From: Camelus dromedarius | Lineage: Eukaryota | DNA: 64,000 nt | NCBI RefSeq assembly: GCF_036321535.1 | Contig: NC_087436.1 | Location: 70,558,001-70,622,000, forward strand | Reading direction: 5' to 3' | In this document: positions 37,126-49,349 of the stretch, in pieces | Layout: the number at the start of each line of letters is the position of its first letter | Position numbering within the stretch: position 1 is the stretch's first letter | The notes under the pieces: model-generated | The model's input: the letters and a program-made list of their open reading frames with translations, nothing else | Told to the model about the DNA's origin: nothing | Databases searched by the model: none | Program-made: the position numbers and the translations under genes

Positions 37126-37859
37126 GTTATAACAGAAATTATAGCTTTGACTTTGGAGTGTGCCTTTCTGGGCAATGCATAGAGCAGTGTGAGCTATGCA
37201 AGGCCAGTGTGCAGAAAATACTCTCCTCCTGGGTACTCTTCCAGATGGAGGGAGAGAGCTTTTCTCATAGTCAGGGAGGACTGGGGTTACCAGTTCAAGG
37301 TCTACTGAAAAACCACTGGGGCCGTGGTTTGACGGGAGGTGGACTAGATTAATTTGAAACTGATGGAGGATCTTTCAGGCAAATATACAGTAAACCACTC
37401 TTATTAGACCAAACAATGTCTGGATTTAATTCTTGGAGACCACTGGAGATCTAACTACTTGAATTAGTATGTCTGTGCACATGTGAGTGAGAGAGATTAG
37501 AGGAAAAGCAAATGTAATATTCTAGCTGTAGATATCAATTTCAAAGGTAATAATGAAATTTCTTCTTGGCAGCAAGCAGTAGAATTTTACTTTGATGAAA
37601 ATTACTGGCAGAATCTTCAGAAATAATGGCTTTTCTTTCTGTGGTACACTGAATGTTTATGGTGTAGAGTTGTCCTGGTAATTCAGATCCCAATTCTACT
37701 CCTCTGAATGCGTCCCCCACTCCGGTAGCCCCTCACCCATCCCCTGGCAGGCCAGAAGCCCCTGTCATCTTGTACCCCACCTTGTCCTCTGGCCTCAGTG
37801 CCCTTCTTCTCTTTCCCTTCCTGTTCATCCCTGCCTTTCCCTGACTCTCCATTACAGCT

Positions 37860-38700
37860 GCTAGTCTACTTAGGATCCAGATCCTCGTTACCTCTTGTGG
37901 GAACTATTTCATTATTTCCCATTTTCCCAGCCTTCATTCTTACTCCTTGAAGGCCATCTTCCACAACTGCCAGAAGGACCTTTCTAAGTTACAGATGCCA
38001 AACATAGCACTCCCTTTGGTCAGAAACCTTTCATGGTAACCTCTTATCCTTTGTACACTCAAGCCCAGGCTTTGTAGCCAGTTAACTATATTCAATGTCT
38101 TGTAATAGCCTATAATGAAAAAGAATATGAAAAGGAATATATGTGTGTGTGTGTGTGTGTGTGTGTATAACTGAATCACTATAGTGTACACCAGAAATTA
38201 ACACCACATTGTAAACCGACTATACTTCAATTAAAAAATAAAAAAGATCAAGCCCAGGTTCTCTAATCTGTGTGATGTTCCTTGACTTGGTCTTTGCTTA
38301 ACTCTCTAATCTTCTCTTCACATTTCCACTTTAGTACGACAAGCTACAAGAATTTGGATTTTCATATACCTAGATTCCCTGCCTTTCAGTCTCTCTATTC
38401 CTTATTCATGCTGTTGCAGCTACTCCCGCTTGACCGGACTGAGTTTAACCTATCCTTGAAGCTCTGATTTTCTCCAGGAGACTCTTCTTCATTTCTCTCT
38501 TTTCCCTCCGTCCCACCAAAGTGCCTCATTTCTGCTCTCATACTCCCCACCATTACGTTACCATCATATCATAGAACAAGTATGTTTCCTTCCCGGTTGG
38601 CAAAGTGCTCAAAGAGCCTGAGCCACATCCCCCTCGTCTTTGAATCCCCTCTGCCAAGTGCAGTGTCGCACACTTAGTGGATGTTCAGTAAATGTAGGGC
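37860..38700 (+). mobile_element. L2 3' region, interrupted by an L1 fragment
   Basis: ccatcttccacaactgccagaaggacctttctaa...; terminus tttgaatcccctctgccaagtgcagtgtcgcacacttagtggatgttcagtaaatgt. Confidence 0.6.
38070..38247 (+). mobile_element. 5'-truncated L1 3' end with TSD and internal (TG)n
   Basis: aactatattcaatgtcttgtaatagcctataatgaaaaagaatatg...tataactgaatcact...cattgtaaaccgactatacttcaattaaaaaa; TSD tcaagcccagg at 38059-38069 and 38248-38258. Confidence 0.9.
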
Positions 38701-39597
38701 TGGACTCATTCATCCACCCAGCTCTTGCTATGGGTAAATTATTTGCTAATCATGCACTGTCAGTCACACTTGTATCTCCTTTGTCCCCACTAGGGTGTAA
38801 TGGACAAGATATGCACTTATCATCTTTAGGAACCTAGTTAATCTGAAAGCAAATAAGAAAGGAAAGAATATGTAGCAATCTGCTTAGCCAGAATGTGTGG
38901 TATCCATTTGCCTGAGACAAACCTTCTGAACAATAGGTAGTTTCATTTTTGTTTTTGACTATTTGGTACTCTTCTCAAATTCATCTATATATATTTCCTT
39001 ATTTGTATGACTTAGTTTTCTTTGACTTTTTTTTTTTTTTTTTTTTGGTGAGGGGTGCTGGCGGTGTGTAGGGCTGTTAACGGGCCATGAGTTGTGGTTC
39101 TTCTTGCATAGATTGGGGTTCTTTTGGAGAAAACTGTGATTTATTTCTTACTCAGGAGCTAATGTATTGCCTGATACACAGACACTTTGTGAATATTTGT
39201 TGATTAATTGAACCCTTAACCTGAAAATGAGAGAAAAGACTGAAAAGAGAGGTAATATGCAAACCTCAAGCAGGAATGGTTTTTGAATTTGTTAGATCAT
39301 AGTCTTCATCCCCAGCCTAGCCAGCCTCTCTGGCATGGGGGAGCTCTGCTGCTTTTCTGTGGCTGCTAATAGTGGTAGAATTTGGGAGTTGGATTCCTTG
39401 GCTAGGGCCTCCGTTTCTTGCTCACCAGATCTTTCTGTCCATGGTTGAGATAACACTACTAAGGCAACTTCAGCTACTACCAGCTGTCATTTATTCAACC
39501 AAGTGCTGTCCCATTTAATCCCCACAAAACATCCCATGAAGTAATAAGCATCCCCGACCTTTTGTTACAGATGAAATCACTGAGGCTCAGTGAGGTT

Positions 39598-40622
39598 ATG
39601 CTACCACAGTACTTGAGGGCTGTTCACAAATTCTGCAGTTCTCTCTTTTTTTCTGGGCATATATGAATACCCTCCTCCTCACCCACATGAAGTTCAGTGG
39701 ACCACATGACTTCCTTTGGCCAATGATACATGAGAACTGATGGATATCATTCCCAGGGAAAGCTTCAAGAGCAAGTATGTGCTTCACTAGTTTCTTTTCT
39801 CTCAAACCATCAGTACGTCTGTTACCGAGTCCAAACTCATTCTGCTCGCCACACAACAGGCCAGTAAATTGAGAGACGAGGTGTTGGGGCAAGGAATAAT
39901 GACTTTATTTGGAAAGCCGGTAGACAGAGAAGATGACAGACTAACGTTCTGGAGAACCATCTTCCCCAAGTCAGAAATCCGGCTCCTATTATAGGGGAGA
40001 GGGTGTGGTTGGTTGTCCAGACTTACTGATGTCAGAATCCTTTGTTCTTGCAGCTGTCCATGTAGGTCAGGTGAATGACCGCAAACACTCCTCCTGCCAG
40101 ACAGGCACGGTTACAGTCATAGAACCACCTCAGATTCTCATGGCTTAAAACAAAACTGGTTCACTGTAGGTCCATGTAGGTCAGGTCATGATGTTCCTGT
40201 AAACCTCCAATAAGACAAATGTTATTCTCTGTTCTGCAACTTTTTATCTCTGTATGAATGGAAAGGTGTTACACCCTTAAAGGTCAGAGTCTTGAGAGTG
40301 GGCCATCCTGTATATTTCAGGCTACAGGCAACACTCTTTTACAAAAGGTGCAGAACCAGCATGTAGAGCTAAGCACAGGAAGTAGAGCACAGGGTTAGAG
40401 CTAAAGAAGCAGATCTAATAGGGAGTTAGAGTTGTTCTTCCCTAGTGCATGTCTAGTGAAGGCTGCTCCATGCATTTTGGTCCTGGTCCAAGGACAGAGA
40501 GGTAGAAGCAAAACGCCAGCAAATCCATATGCACATTATTATCCTGAGGGAGAAGTGAACCAGTTTTGTTTTAAGCCATGAGAATCTGAGGTGGTTCTAT
40601 GACTGTAACCGTGCCTGTCTGG
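39598..40622 (+). mobile_element. MLT1I/J-like MaLR LTR split by an ERV1 LTR
   Basis: gaccacatgacttcctttggccaatga...gaaagcttcaagagc on the left; gttttgttttaagccatgagaatctgaggtggtt on the right. Confidence 0.7.
39820..40449 (-). mobile_element. ERV1 solo LTR, MER41-like cetartiodactyl family (copy 1), carrying a 114-nt secondary insertion
   Basis: TG...CA ends; 4-bp TSD cgtc / tgtc (CpG decay); antisense polyA signal tttatt near 39904; colinear similarity to 44090-44647. Confidence 0.88.
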
Positions 40623-40647
40623 CAGGAGGAGTGTTTGCGGTCATTCA
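40072..40647. repeat. Perfect 94-bp inverted repeat (arms 40072-40165 and 40554-40647, 388-nt spacer)
   Basis: Base-by-base comparison shows arm 1 equals the reverse complement of arm 2 at 94/94 positions. Confidence 0.97.
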
Positions 40648-43600
40648 GTGAATGGGGCACCGGGGTTTGAACTCAGGTTTGCAGACTCCAGATGACATGG
40701 TTCCTTTTGATTTCCTCTCTTCTTCTCATTCTCTCTGCCCTCGGGTCTCCCTGCTTTTAGCCACAGTTAGTGCTCTTGTCTGCTGACAAGAGGTATGGAC
40801 ACTGATGACTCAGAGTTTTGCTGTTTCAAGTTAGAAAATGAAATTCCTAGTGTTTCTCAATGAGAGGCCACAAGTCAGCATTCAGAAGGGTGATTTTCTA
40901 GGATGGTTCTACTCTCTGAGGCCCATTCTTACCACCTCCAGGGAACAGCTGGAGCACACGGAGCACACAGATGGTTCTGGGCCATGCTCAGCTCTTGCCT
41001 CAGAAAGCCATGCACTGTGATGGGTTCTGCAAGGGTAACCATGGTTACAAATCAAAGAGCAGTCTTGTTAGGGGAATGTCTTGGAGAGACTAATATCAGC
41101 ATCCTTTTTGAGGAGGAGGAACAGGATAAATCCAATTAGAATGATGAATTTTTCCCTCAGTAAAAGTCTTCCTTTAAAAATCGATTCTTGTGGCACACAC
41201 TTAAGCTGGGCCTGGATTTTAGGATTGCTGTAGGTTGTCAAGGTTGAATCATTTCCCCAATTTCCAAAAGACATCTTTGAATAAATTTTGTCTCTGTTTC
41301 TAGTGAAGTGTGTAGAGCCTGAAAGAAAGGGGCATTTCCTCTTAACCAGCTAGGGGCCTAGGCTGTGTAGGTTGTTATTACAATTTATACTAATTTCAGC
41401 GATCCTTGTGATTACTGTCTTAAGTAAGAATGATTATTATCACCTTGAATTGGGAATGTCCCTTCCCCTTTTAGTGGTGATAGTTTTATTATATCCAGTT
41501 GCAGTGATAGAGTTTTGAAGTGTTATATTAATTTATTCAAATGGCCAATTCATTCATTCACTTAAATATTTTTAAGTACCATGCTGTGGCTAGTGCTCAG
41601 CTGGTCCTGGGAAAATATAATGAGCAAGGCAGACACCTATTTCAGAGACCTACCAGGTAGACTTGTTATACCAAGGGGAGAGATGTTTGTGAGAAGCTGG
41701 TTCTCTTGAGCAGAGTGGGAAGTGCTTGTGGAGAAGAGTGGGTCACACTGAAGGTGGAGAATGAGGACCTGGAGACCACCCAGGAGGTGATCAGATAGAG
41801 AAACGCCCGCCTCGGCCATCGGAGTATTGATTAGCGGAATTGGAGAAAGGGCGTCATAGTTGGTTCATGAGAGCTGGCTTATCACAAACACAAAGAGGAA
41901 AGGAAACTTTGCTTTGAGGTTTCAAAGAACAGAACCTGGCCCTGTAGGTGAGCATTTTAAGGAATAAGATATTGACTTGGACTCCCGATGTTTTAGATAA
42001 GGATTTGAATGTAGTTTTTATTTTCATGATTCAATGATTCATGAATTTCAGTGATTTTTGAGAAGGATCAATGACTAATCCAGGTTCGGGCCCTGCTGGC
42101 AGGGATGGATGGAGTCCCATCGGTCCTGTATGGATCCAGGGCTTTCTCATCAAGGGACCTTTGTTTACCAGCTTCTTGGGAGGGAGGGAGGGCTGCAGGG
42201 ACCAATTCCCCAGGGCTGGAGAATTGTAAAGGGTAAAGCAAGTGCTTCTGCTTATGAAAATCCTTAGTTAGGCCTGGAGACATAGGAGAATGTACATTCT
42301 AAGAAGTTCTGTGTAGTTAAGTGAAAGCCAGCTCTTTCTAAGCAGATGTGTGCTTTGGTTGGCATCTCCTAATCTCTTGGTCCATCCAGATGCTACAACT
42401 TACCTAGAAAACTGAGGCAGTTTTCTCCATGTGAGAATGAGCTCTATTACAGTACAACAGATCATTTCATTTAGTGGCAAGTTTCCTGTCATCAAAAGTA
42501 TAGAAGCCAACCTCAGGAGACTAGCTCTGTCTGTTGTTAGAGGAGAAAAACTGCTTGGGATAAAAGTTGGTTGTGTTCTCGGTGTCCTTTAACTCTGTGA
42601 CTCTCCGAGCCTCAGCTCTAATAACATACCCAGCCTTCCAGACTATCTACCCTGTGGGATATTTAAACTTATTATACTCTCTATATTATCTTCCTGCTCA
42701 AGAGATAATGTGTAACTTGTGAGAAATTTCTAGTAGTACTGTGCTGGAGGAATTTCTGAAGCTAACATTTTGATGCTGGTTCAGATTATTACTTACACGG
42801 TTTCTTTCTCTTCCTCTGCTTTTTTTCCCCTCTTCATCTTGGTTCAGCAGAAAATGGATTTTCTAGAAAGTACCTTTGCCCACTAATTTAGGCAATCTTT
42901 AAACAGTCTAACTAGACCCGGTGAAGTATTCTTAGAGTCTCTGCATCTTCTGTTGTTTTGCAAACCTTCATGTATTTTACCACTGTCTTTTTTCCCATCC
43001 AGTCCACACTTCAGAAGTAAATATAGAAAAGCATATATTGCCTTCAAATCAGAATGACAGGTGCTAGAATAAATTCAGATCACATTGTCCTCAGCAAACA
43101 TTAGCGATTACCTAAAGAACTTCTTATAATATACATAGGTAAGTTAGGTACCTATTACACAGGTTTGTCAACTAATTACTAATGACCTCTGCACTCAGTA
43201 GGACATCCAACACTTTTGCTCAAAGCTCTCTGACTTTTGTTTGCCTGAAGTCACCGCATAGCCTCAGTGTGATGAGTAAATAGCTGCCTCTGAGCCTCGG
43301 TCCTCACTTCTTGAGTCAGCTCAGATAATTTCAGCTCCCCAATTCAACCTCCCAGTTCTCTGAACTCACCTCTATAGGCTGGAAAATTGCAAATGGTAAG
43401 ATCCTATCATGGCAATTGTAGTTCACGGTTTTCTAAAGATCTTGAATTCAGAGAAGATTTATGCATGTGATTATACGCCAAAGGGAAAGAGAAGAAACTA
43501 ACGTTGAACATCTGTGCAGGACACTTGCTCGTGCGTTTCCTTGCTTAATCCTTACAGCAGTCCTGTAAGGGATGATTATTTTATTTCATAAAGTTTTCTT

Positions 43601-44089
43601 ACTCTACTTCTGTCTTCTTCTCATGATACCATGCTGACATAAGTTATCTCTTGGGTTCCTTTTATATTTCTCCTCATAGACCCATTAGGTTCATCTGAGA
43701 GAGGCAAGTTGCAAGCCACCACCCCATACACCCCACCCACCAGTCAGAAAAATCATGGCCCTGGCACTTGGTGCTATGCAGGTCTGTGTCATGGAGTTAA
43801 AAAACCCTTGGGATTTCTTAGAATGAGATGACTAGATGAGATTTTGGATGAGACAGTGTCAACTCAGAACTGCCAGCATTCAGTTCAACTTGAGCTTTTC
43901 AGTAGGAAGGAAATTCTGGGCCCATCCTAGTTCTGGCCAGAATTCCCCAGAGTGACTGCAGGATTACTTGCCAGAGTTGTTTCACCATTTGGGACCTAGA
44001 TGCCACTTTGGCTGAATTGTGGAATAAACCTCTCCAAGGCAGAGAAAGTGAGTGTATGAGCCAGCACATGCTGGGAGAGATGATGCGCC

Positions 44090-44647
44090 TGCTGCCACTC
44101 CAAACTCATGCTGCTGGGTGTGCAGCAAACCAGTAAGTTGAGAGACAAGGTGTTGGGGCAAGGAATAGCAGCTTTATTCAGGAAGCCAACACACAGAGAA
44201 GATAGGGAACCAGTGTTCCAAAGAACCATCTTACCTGAGTTAGAGTTCAGACTTCTTTTATTCTAAAAGGGAAGTGGGTGTGGTTGGTTGTTGCAGACCT
44301 CTTGGTGCTGGCCAAACTCTGGAGGGGATGTGGTAATCCTTTGTTCTTACAGCTGTCCACATAGGTCTGGTCAGGATGTCCCTGTAAACCTTCAGCAAGA
44401 CAAATGTTATTTTCTGTTCTGCAACATTTTATCTCTACATGAATGAAAAGTGTTAAGCTTTTGAAAGTCCAGCCTGGGGGGCAGAGCCTTGACATTGCTA
44501 TTATGTACACTTCAGGCTATAGGCAACGTTCTTTACCTGTTTGACTAGACAAAGGTGCAGAGCCAGCATGACTAAGCACAGGCAACAGAGCACAAAGCTT
44601 AGAGGAACAGACCCAATATGGCATCAGATTTCTTCTTCTCTGTTATA
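44090..44647 (-). mobile_element. ERV1 solo LTR, same family as 39820-40449 (copy 2)
   Basis: Shares ccaaactca..., ttgagagac.aggtgttggggcaaggaata, agacaaatgttatt, aaaggtgcaga and ctaagcacagg with copy 1. TSD cgcc (44086-44089) / cacc (44648-44651). Confidence 0.88.
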
Positions 44648-45559
44648 CACCCTACTTTCGCTCTGAGTTGGACACTCAAATGTGGAGACTTTTCAGGACC
44701 ACTTAGGTGACAGGGACATGATGGGCCCAGAGATCCTTGCTCCCTCCTTTCCTGGAGGCTGCTGTCTGAGCTGTGGGTGATCTGTGACCACTGGTTGCCC
44801 AATGTCTATCAGCTAGTTGGATGTGCATCAGCAAGACCATGAGGAGTTACTGCACGAGGAAGCCAATTTAACTAGCTTTTCTCCGGGTCACAGTTTGTGA
44901 GCCGTAAATCAGGAGCAGTTAGGAGTGGCTACATTTGTAGCTGGAGGCCCAGAGAGTGTGTCTGTTACTCTTTTAAAACTTTATATTTATCTCTGTGTCC
45001 ATATATAATACTAATAAACTGAATCTACATCAGCAGTGGTATTGACATTCATATCTATATATGTATTTGGCTGCAGATGTAGGATCTGTACGTCTGTTAA
45101 ATGGCTTACTTTTATGGACAACCTTTTTTTTCCCCCTGCATATGCTTTTCATATACAAGGGATTTGGGTGATTAAAACTATTGAGGTGAATTTGATAATT
45201 CTGACAGAGCCTTCAGGAAAAATTTCCCTTGCCATAATTTAAAAAAACAGTGTAAATATTATTTCATGGAGCATGTTTTTAGAACTACTTAAAAATTGAC
45301 TTTAAACTCTTTTAAAATCTTGATCTCCATGTTTATATTAAAATTTTGATTTAATTAAAACTCCCAAGCTTGCTACTAGTCTGTAATGTTTCAGCTTAAT
45401 CTCAGGGACTTAAAAATAATAAAAGTACTTTAATTAATTAACTTTATTATATGATAAATAGACATATGTATTATGTTTTTATTAAAGTATTATGTGCAAA
45501 TGGGTATGAAATTGAAGAGCACAGAAGGACTTCTAATGAAGAGCAAACTCCTTTGCTTC

Positions 45560-46600
45560 ATCTTTTAATTTTTTCTTTGCTAGAAAAGATTTTACTGATT
45601 TTGAACACGTTTCCTTCCTCCAAATAACATTTCTATCACTATTCTTAGTTCCATTATTAATTACATTTGTAATCTTAGGTAATAAACCTATATTTATGTC
45701 TTTTTGTAGGAAGTATGGGCGGGATCTTTTGACTTCTTACTGTGTCAGAAAAGGATATTGGCTTCCCTGCCATTCCTTGCCTCTGTCCTTGCCACTTCCA
45801 CTTCCAGATTTCTGTCACTGGTACTTCTATTTATTGTCAGTATTGATTAGGTTTACATTCTTGTCTCTATCCATTCATTCTGTGCTTTCTCTATCAGTTT
45901 TTTCTAAAGTCAGAAGTTCATAAATAGTATTCATAGTATTAAGACTATATAAATATAGTTTAAAGCTGTGTAATGGTTATCACATTTTCTTTCTTACATA
46001 GTTTTTGTATCCTGGAGTTGTAAATTGCATTTCCCCCCCCCAAATTACCTATTGTTACTGTATTCCCGAGCTCTTTCAGTACCTAAGGGACACTAATAAA
46101 CCCTATAGATACTTCCTTGGCCCAGGTGCTCCCTCCTCGCTGTCTCCTCTCTCCCCTGGACCACCCTCCTGCTCTGTAAGACACGGCTGTCCCCTGCCCC
46201 TGCGGCACAGCTGCTGCTCTGGCACTGACTTTAATTGGTCTCCTGAAGCGGACGCCACGTATCTCTTTTTCTCAGTTTATTTTTTCATTTTGCTAAACCA
46301 TGTTTCAAGTGACTTTGCATGAAAGGACATATAAAAGTTGATTTTTTGGTTTTTTTTCCCCGAAAATTTCGTATTATTTTTTCACACTTGATTGGTAATT
46401 TGGATGAGTAGAGAATTGTAGGTTGAAAAAATTTTTCTTCTAGAACTTTGAAAGCAAGTTCCATTCTCTTCTTCCATTTGTGTTGCTTAAGAGAATTCCA
46501 AAGTGTAACTCTTACTTCTTTTCTCTCTAGATGGAAAATTTGAGGATATTCTTTTCATTCTTGGTGTTGTGAAGTTGTGTGATGATTCATTTACATGAAG
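45560..46600 (-). mobile_element. Very old L1M-like fragment(s)
   Basis: Motifs such as acacttgattggtaatttggatgagtagagaattgtaggttgaaaaa...cttctagaactttgaaagc. Boundaries uncertain. Confidence 0.5.
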
Positions 46601-47144
46601 GGCTGGATTTTTTTTGTGTGTATGTGTGGTTTGTTTTGTTTATTTTTCCCCAGGGACTCATAGGCCAAGTCATATACTAAGTTGAATTGGTAGCCTTCTT
46701 AAATTATTTTAGATTTAGACACTTGATCAGTTCAGAGATAGCTCCATTAATCTGAGTTTGTGAAATTTTACCATATCTTGGATATGGTATCAAAATAATA
46801 GATACAAGAGAGTAAAGTTCAGCTTAGCAAATCAGACACTGGTACATGTACTTGGAATGGTGTGGCTGCAGGGACCTATTCAAATTCCTCAACTTTGGCA
46901 TAAGAGCATTTAGTAAAATCTCTCTGGACTAGTGCCTTTTTGGAAAGAAGGCAGTGAGACGTTCATTTCCTTCAGTCATAATCTTCCGTTGGTTTTTCTC
47001 ACTTACCTTTTTTACTGGAGAGCATAGCCCAGTTCTTTTTCTTTTTTTTTTTTTCCTACTTTCATGAGATAAGGTCACAAATTATTTTATATACTTCCAC
47101 CTCTATTCTTTGGACATAGTAACTTTTGGTTTATAGATTTATAT

Positions 47145-47178
47145 TGTGTGTGTGTGTGCGCACGTGCACGTGTGTGTG
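47145..47178. repeat. 34-nt perfectly alternating purine-pyrimidine tract containing tandem CACGTG-CACGTG
   Basis: tgtgtgtgtgtgtgcgcacgtgcacgtgtgtgtg read directly. Confidence 0.9.
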
Positions 47179-49349
47179 GACTTATACGCAGGTGAGACAC
47201 AGAAAGAACTACCATACAGTCACGAATACTATGTATAATCACAAGGACTGCAGATTCGCTGGAGTCCTATATGGGGTTTTACCTGTTTTAGTACATTTTC
47301 TAGTACCTGTTTGTTTCTGAACATTTCCTCAGCTGTGTAGAGATTTTTTAAATGTCATATGTGTGGGTGTGTGCACGCACATGTGCAGGAAGAGAATGGA
47401 ATGCCTTAAAAAAATTAAGCTACCTAATTTAGATCATAATAAAAATTAATTGTCCAGTGCAACATTATTAGAATGGGAGTCACTGTGGTTACAGCATTTG
47501 GCTTTTGCTGGTTAAAATTTTAAAAAGACTTAGAAGAGATGAACCTTGTGTATTTGACATTGAGATGTCCAAGCCCTAACACTGAATCTGGGGTAAAGCC
47601 CACAGACTAGTTCAGAAAATTCAAAAACAGGAGGGAACAGGGTCAAGGAAGTTGAGGATGGGTCGATTACAAAGGGTCACGTGGACAGCAGAGGTCTCAA
47701 AAGGATAGAGAATGGTCTTTAAAGAGAGAATAGTCTTTGTGTTTGCCGTGCTCCTGTCGGGCCTCTGCACACTGCCAGCTCCCTCATAAGGATGCCTGCT
47801 CCGTTATCCTGGCCCCATACATTAGAGATGACTTCAGCTTTTGGCTAGAACTTGACTCACATGCGTTGTAGTTATCTGGATCTTTTGATGTCCTTCTTCT
47901 TCCTTCTTCCAAACTTACTTCACTTTCCCAGGCAATTGCATTCTTTGAGCTACTTCAGTTCCCTCAGACTCTCCTCTACCCAAGGCTCTCCTTCCCTTTC
48001 GCTGAGGTTCTGACCCCCTCCCTTACTTTTCCTCTCATTCTCGTGTCCTGATTATTCCTGCACTAGAGTTTCTCCTTTCCCCGTTCATTGCTTCTTTCCT
48101 CTGTTCCCACTGCTGACTGGCAGGGCTTTAGCCAGCTTGGCAAGGTCTTTCCATTTTGTTAGTTCTGGGCCAGCTACACACTTCTTCCTTGTTTACTCTG
48201 AGGCTTTCCAAGTCTGAAGGTTCTTGGAGTGTGCACACAGCATCTTCCACCATAGGAAATCGACTTTGAACAGTAGTGTTTTTAGTATTCACTCCAAATG
48301 GAAGTAAAATGATATTCAGTTGCTATTATCCATTCATTCACAAGTATTTATTAAGGGCCACTAGTGCCAAGCTCTGAGGCTATGACTGTGAACAGGACAA
48401 ACTAACGACCTTGGCTTTGGGCTCTTGGAGTTTACATTATATTAAATCATGCACAAACAAACAGCAGAAATCCTCTAAACAAAATAATTAAAATTGAAAC
48501 CAGCAAAAATATCCAAATTGATTTTCTCTTAGTTATGACATTCCTTCAAAGAGCTCCTTCTGACAATATTTTAGGCTTTCCTTAGTCTCATATTTACATT
48601 TTAAATATTTCTTATTTACTTGGAGGTGGGTAATGAGAATGGGTTGGAGGTTGTGATGACATGCTTGGTTTTTTTTTAGTTTCTGGTGGGGACAGCTCTC
48701 AGTGGTCTGTTGCCATCTGACAAAATCCAAGCTTATCTCAGCCATTCCTTCTAGGCTTTCTCAGTCAGACTCTTGTGAGTGTCCCAACTGATTCATTCCC
48801 CTTGTCCCATTATCTTCCCGTTGTTAGTGGTTTAAATGGGAAGAAACTGCTGTTGGAGTAACTTGAAAGGGGGGAAACCAAAATGGAAATAATGGAGAAT
48901 TGGCTGAATGTACCTTGTGGAATGCTACAAACACTTGCCTATGGCTGTGAATTAGGACATACAGAAGCATGTGGCATTATTGCTTTTATAATTACTTTGC
49001 TATTGCTTTTAGCATCCTTCCTTGTCTGCCACAGAGCTCTGGTTTGGGGGCTCCTTTTCAATCACAGTGGCAGAATAGCTGAGAGTTCAATATTTTTCTC
49101 CTTTTATTTTCTTTATGAAAATAAAAAAGTAAAGAAATGCAGACTTCATCTTTGAGGAGAGCTAAACTGGAAACCGAGTACATTTCTGTCTTAAACATCC
49201 TTCATGATATTATATTACATGGAATTGGCATGGAAATAGAATATATTCCTTGTGGTTGTACATTATATTTCCTCTTCATTAGAAATGATGACGTTTATGT
49301 GTTTATTTATGTAAATAACATAAAGAACCCTTTTTTTTTTTTTTCCTCG

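Larger units (their letters stand above)
39490..40695 (-). mobile_element. MIR split by MLT1 and ERV LTR insertions (left half about 39490-39597, right half about 40620-40695)
   Basis: ttacagatgaaatcactgaggctcagtgaggtta on the left; ccggggtttgaactcaggtttgcagactccaga on the right. Confidence 0.6.

Noticed and set aside
40450..44089. Internal region of a provirus between two similar LTRs
   Set aside because: No gag/pol/env remnants or primer-binding site seen. Each LTR has its own TSD and the host MLT1/MIR resumes right after the first LTR.
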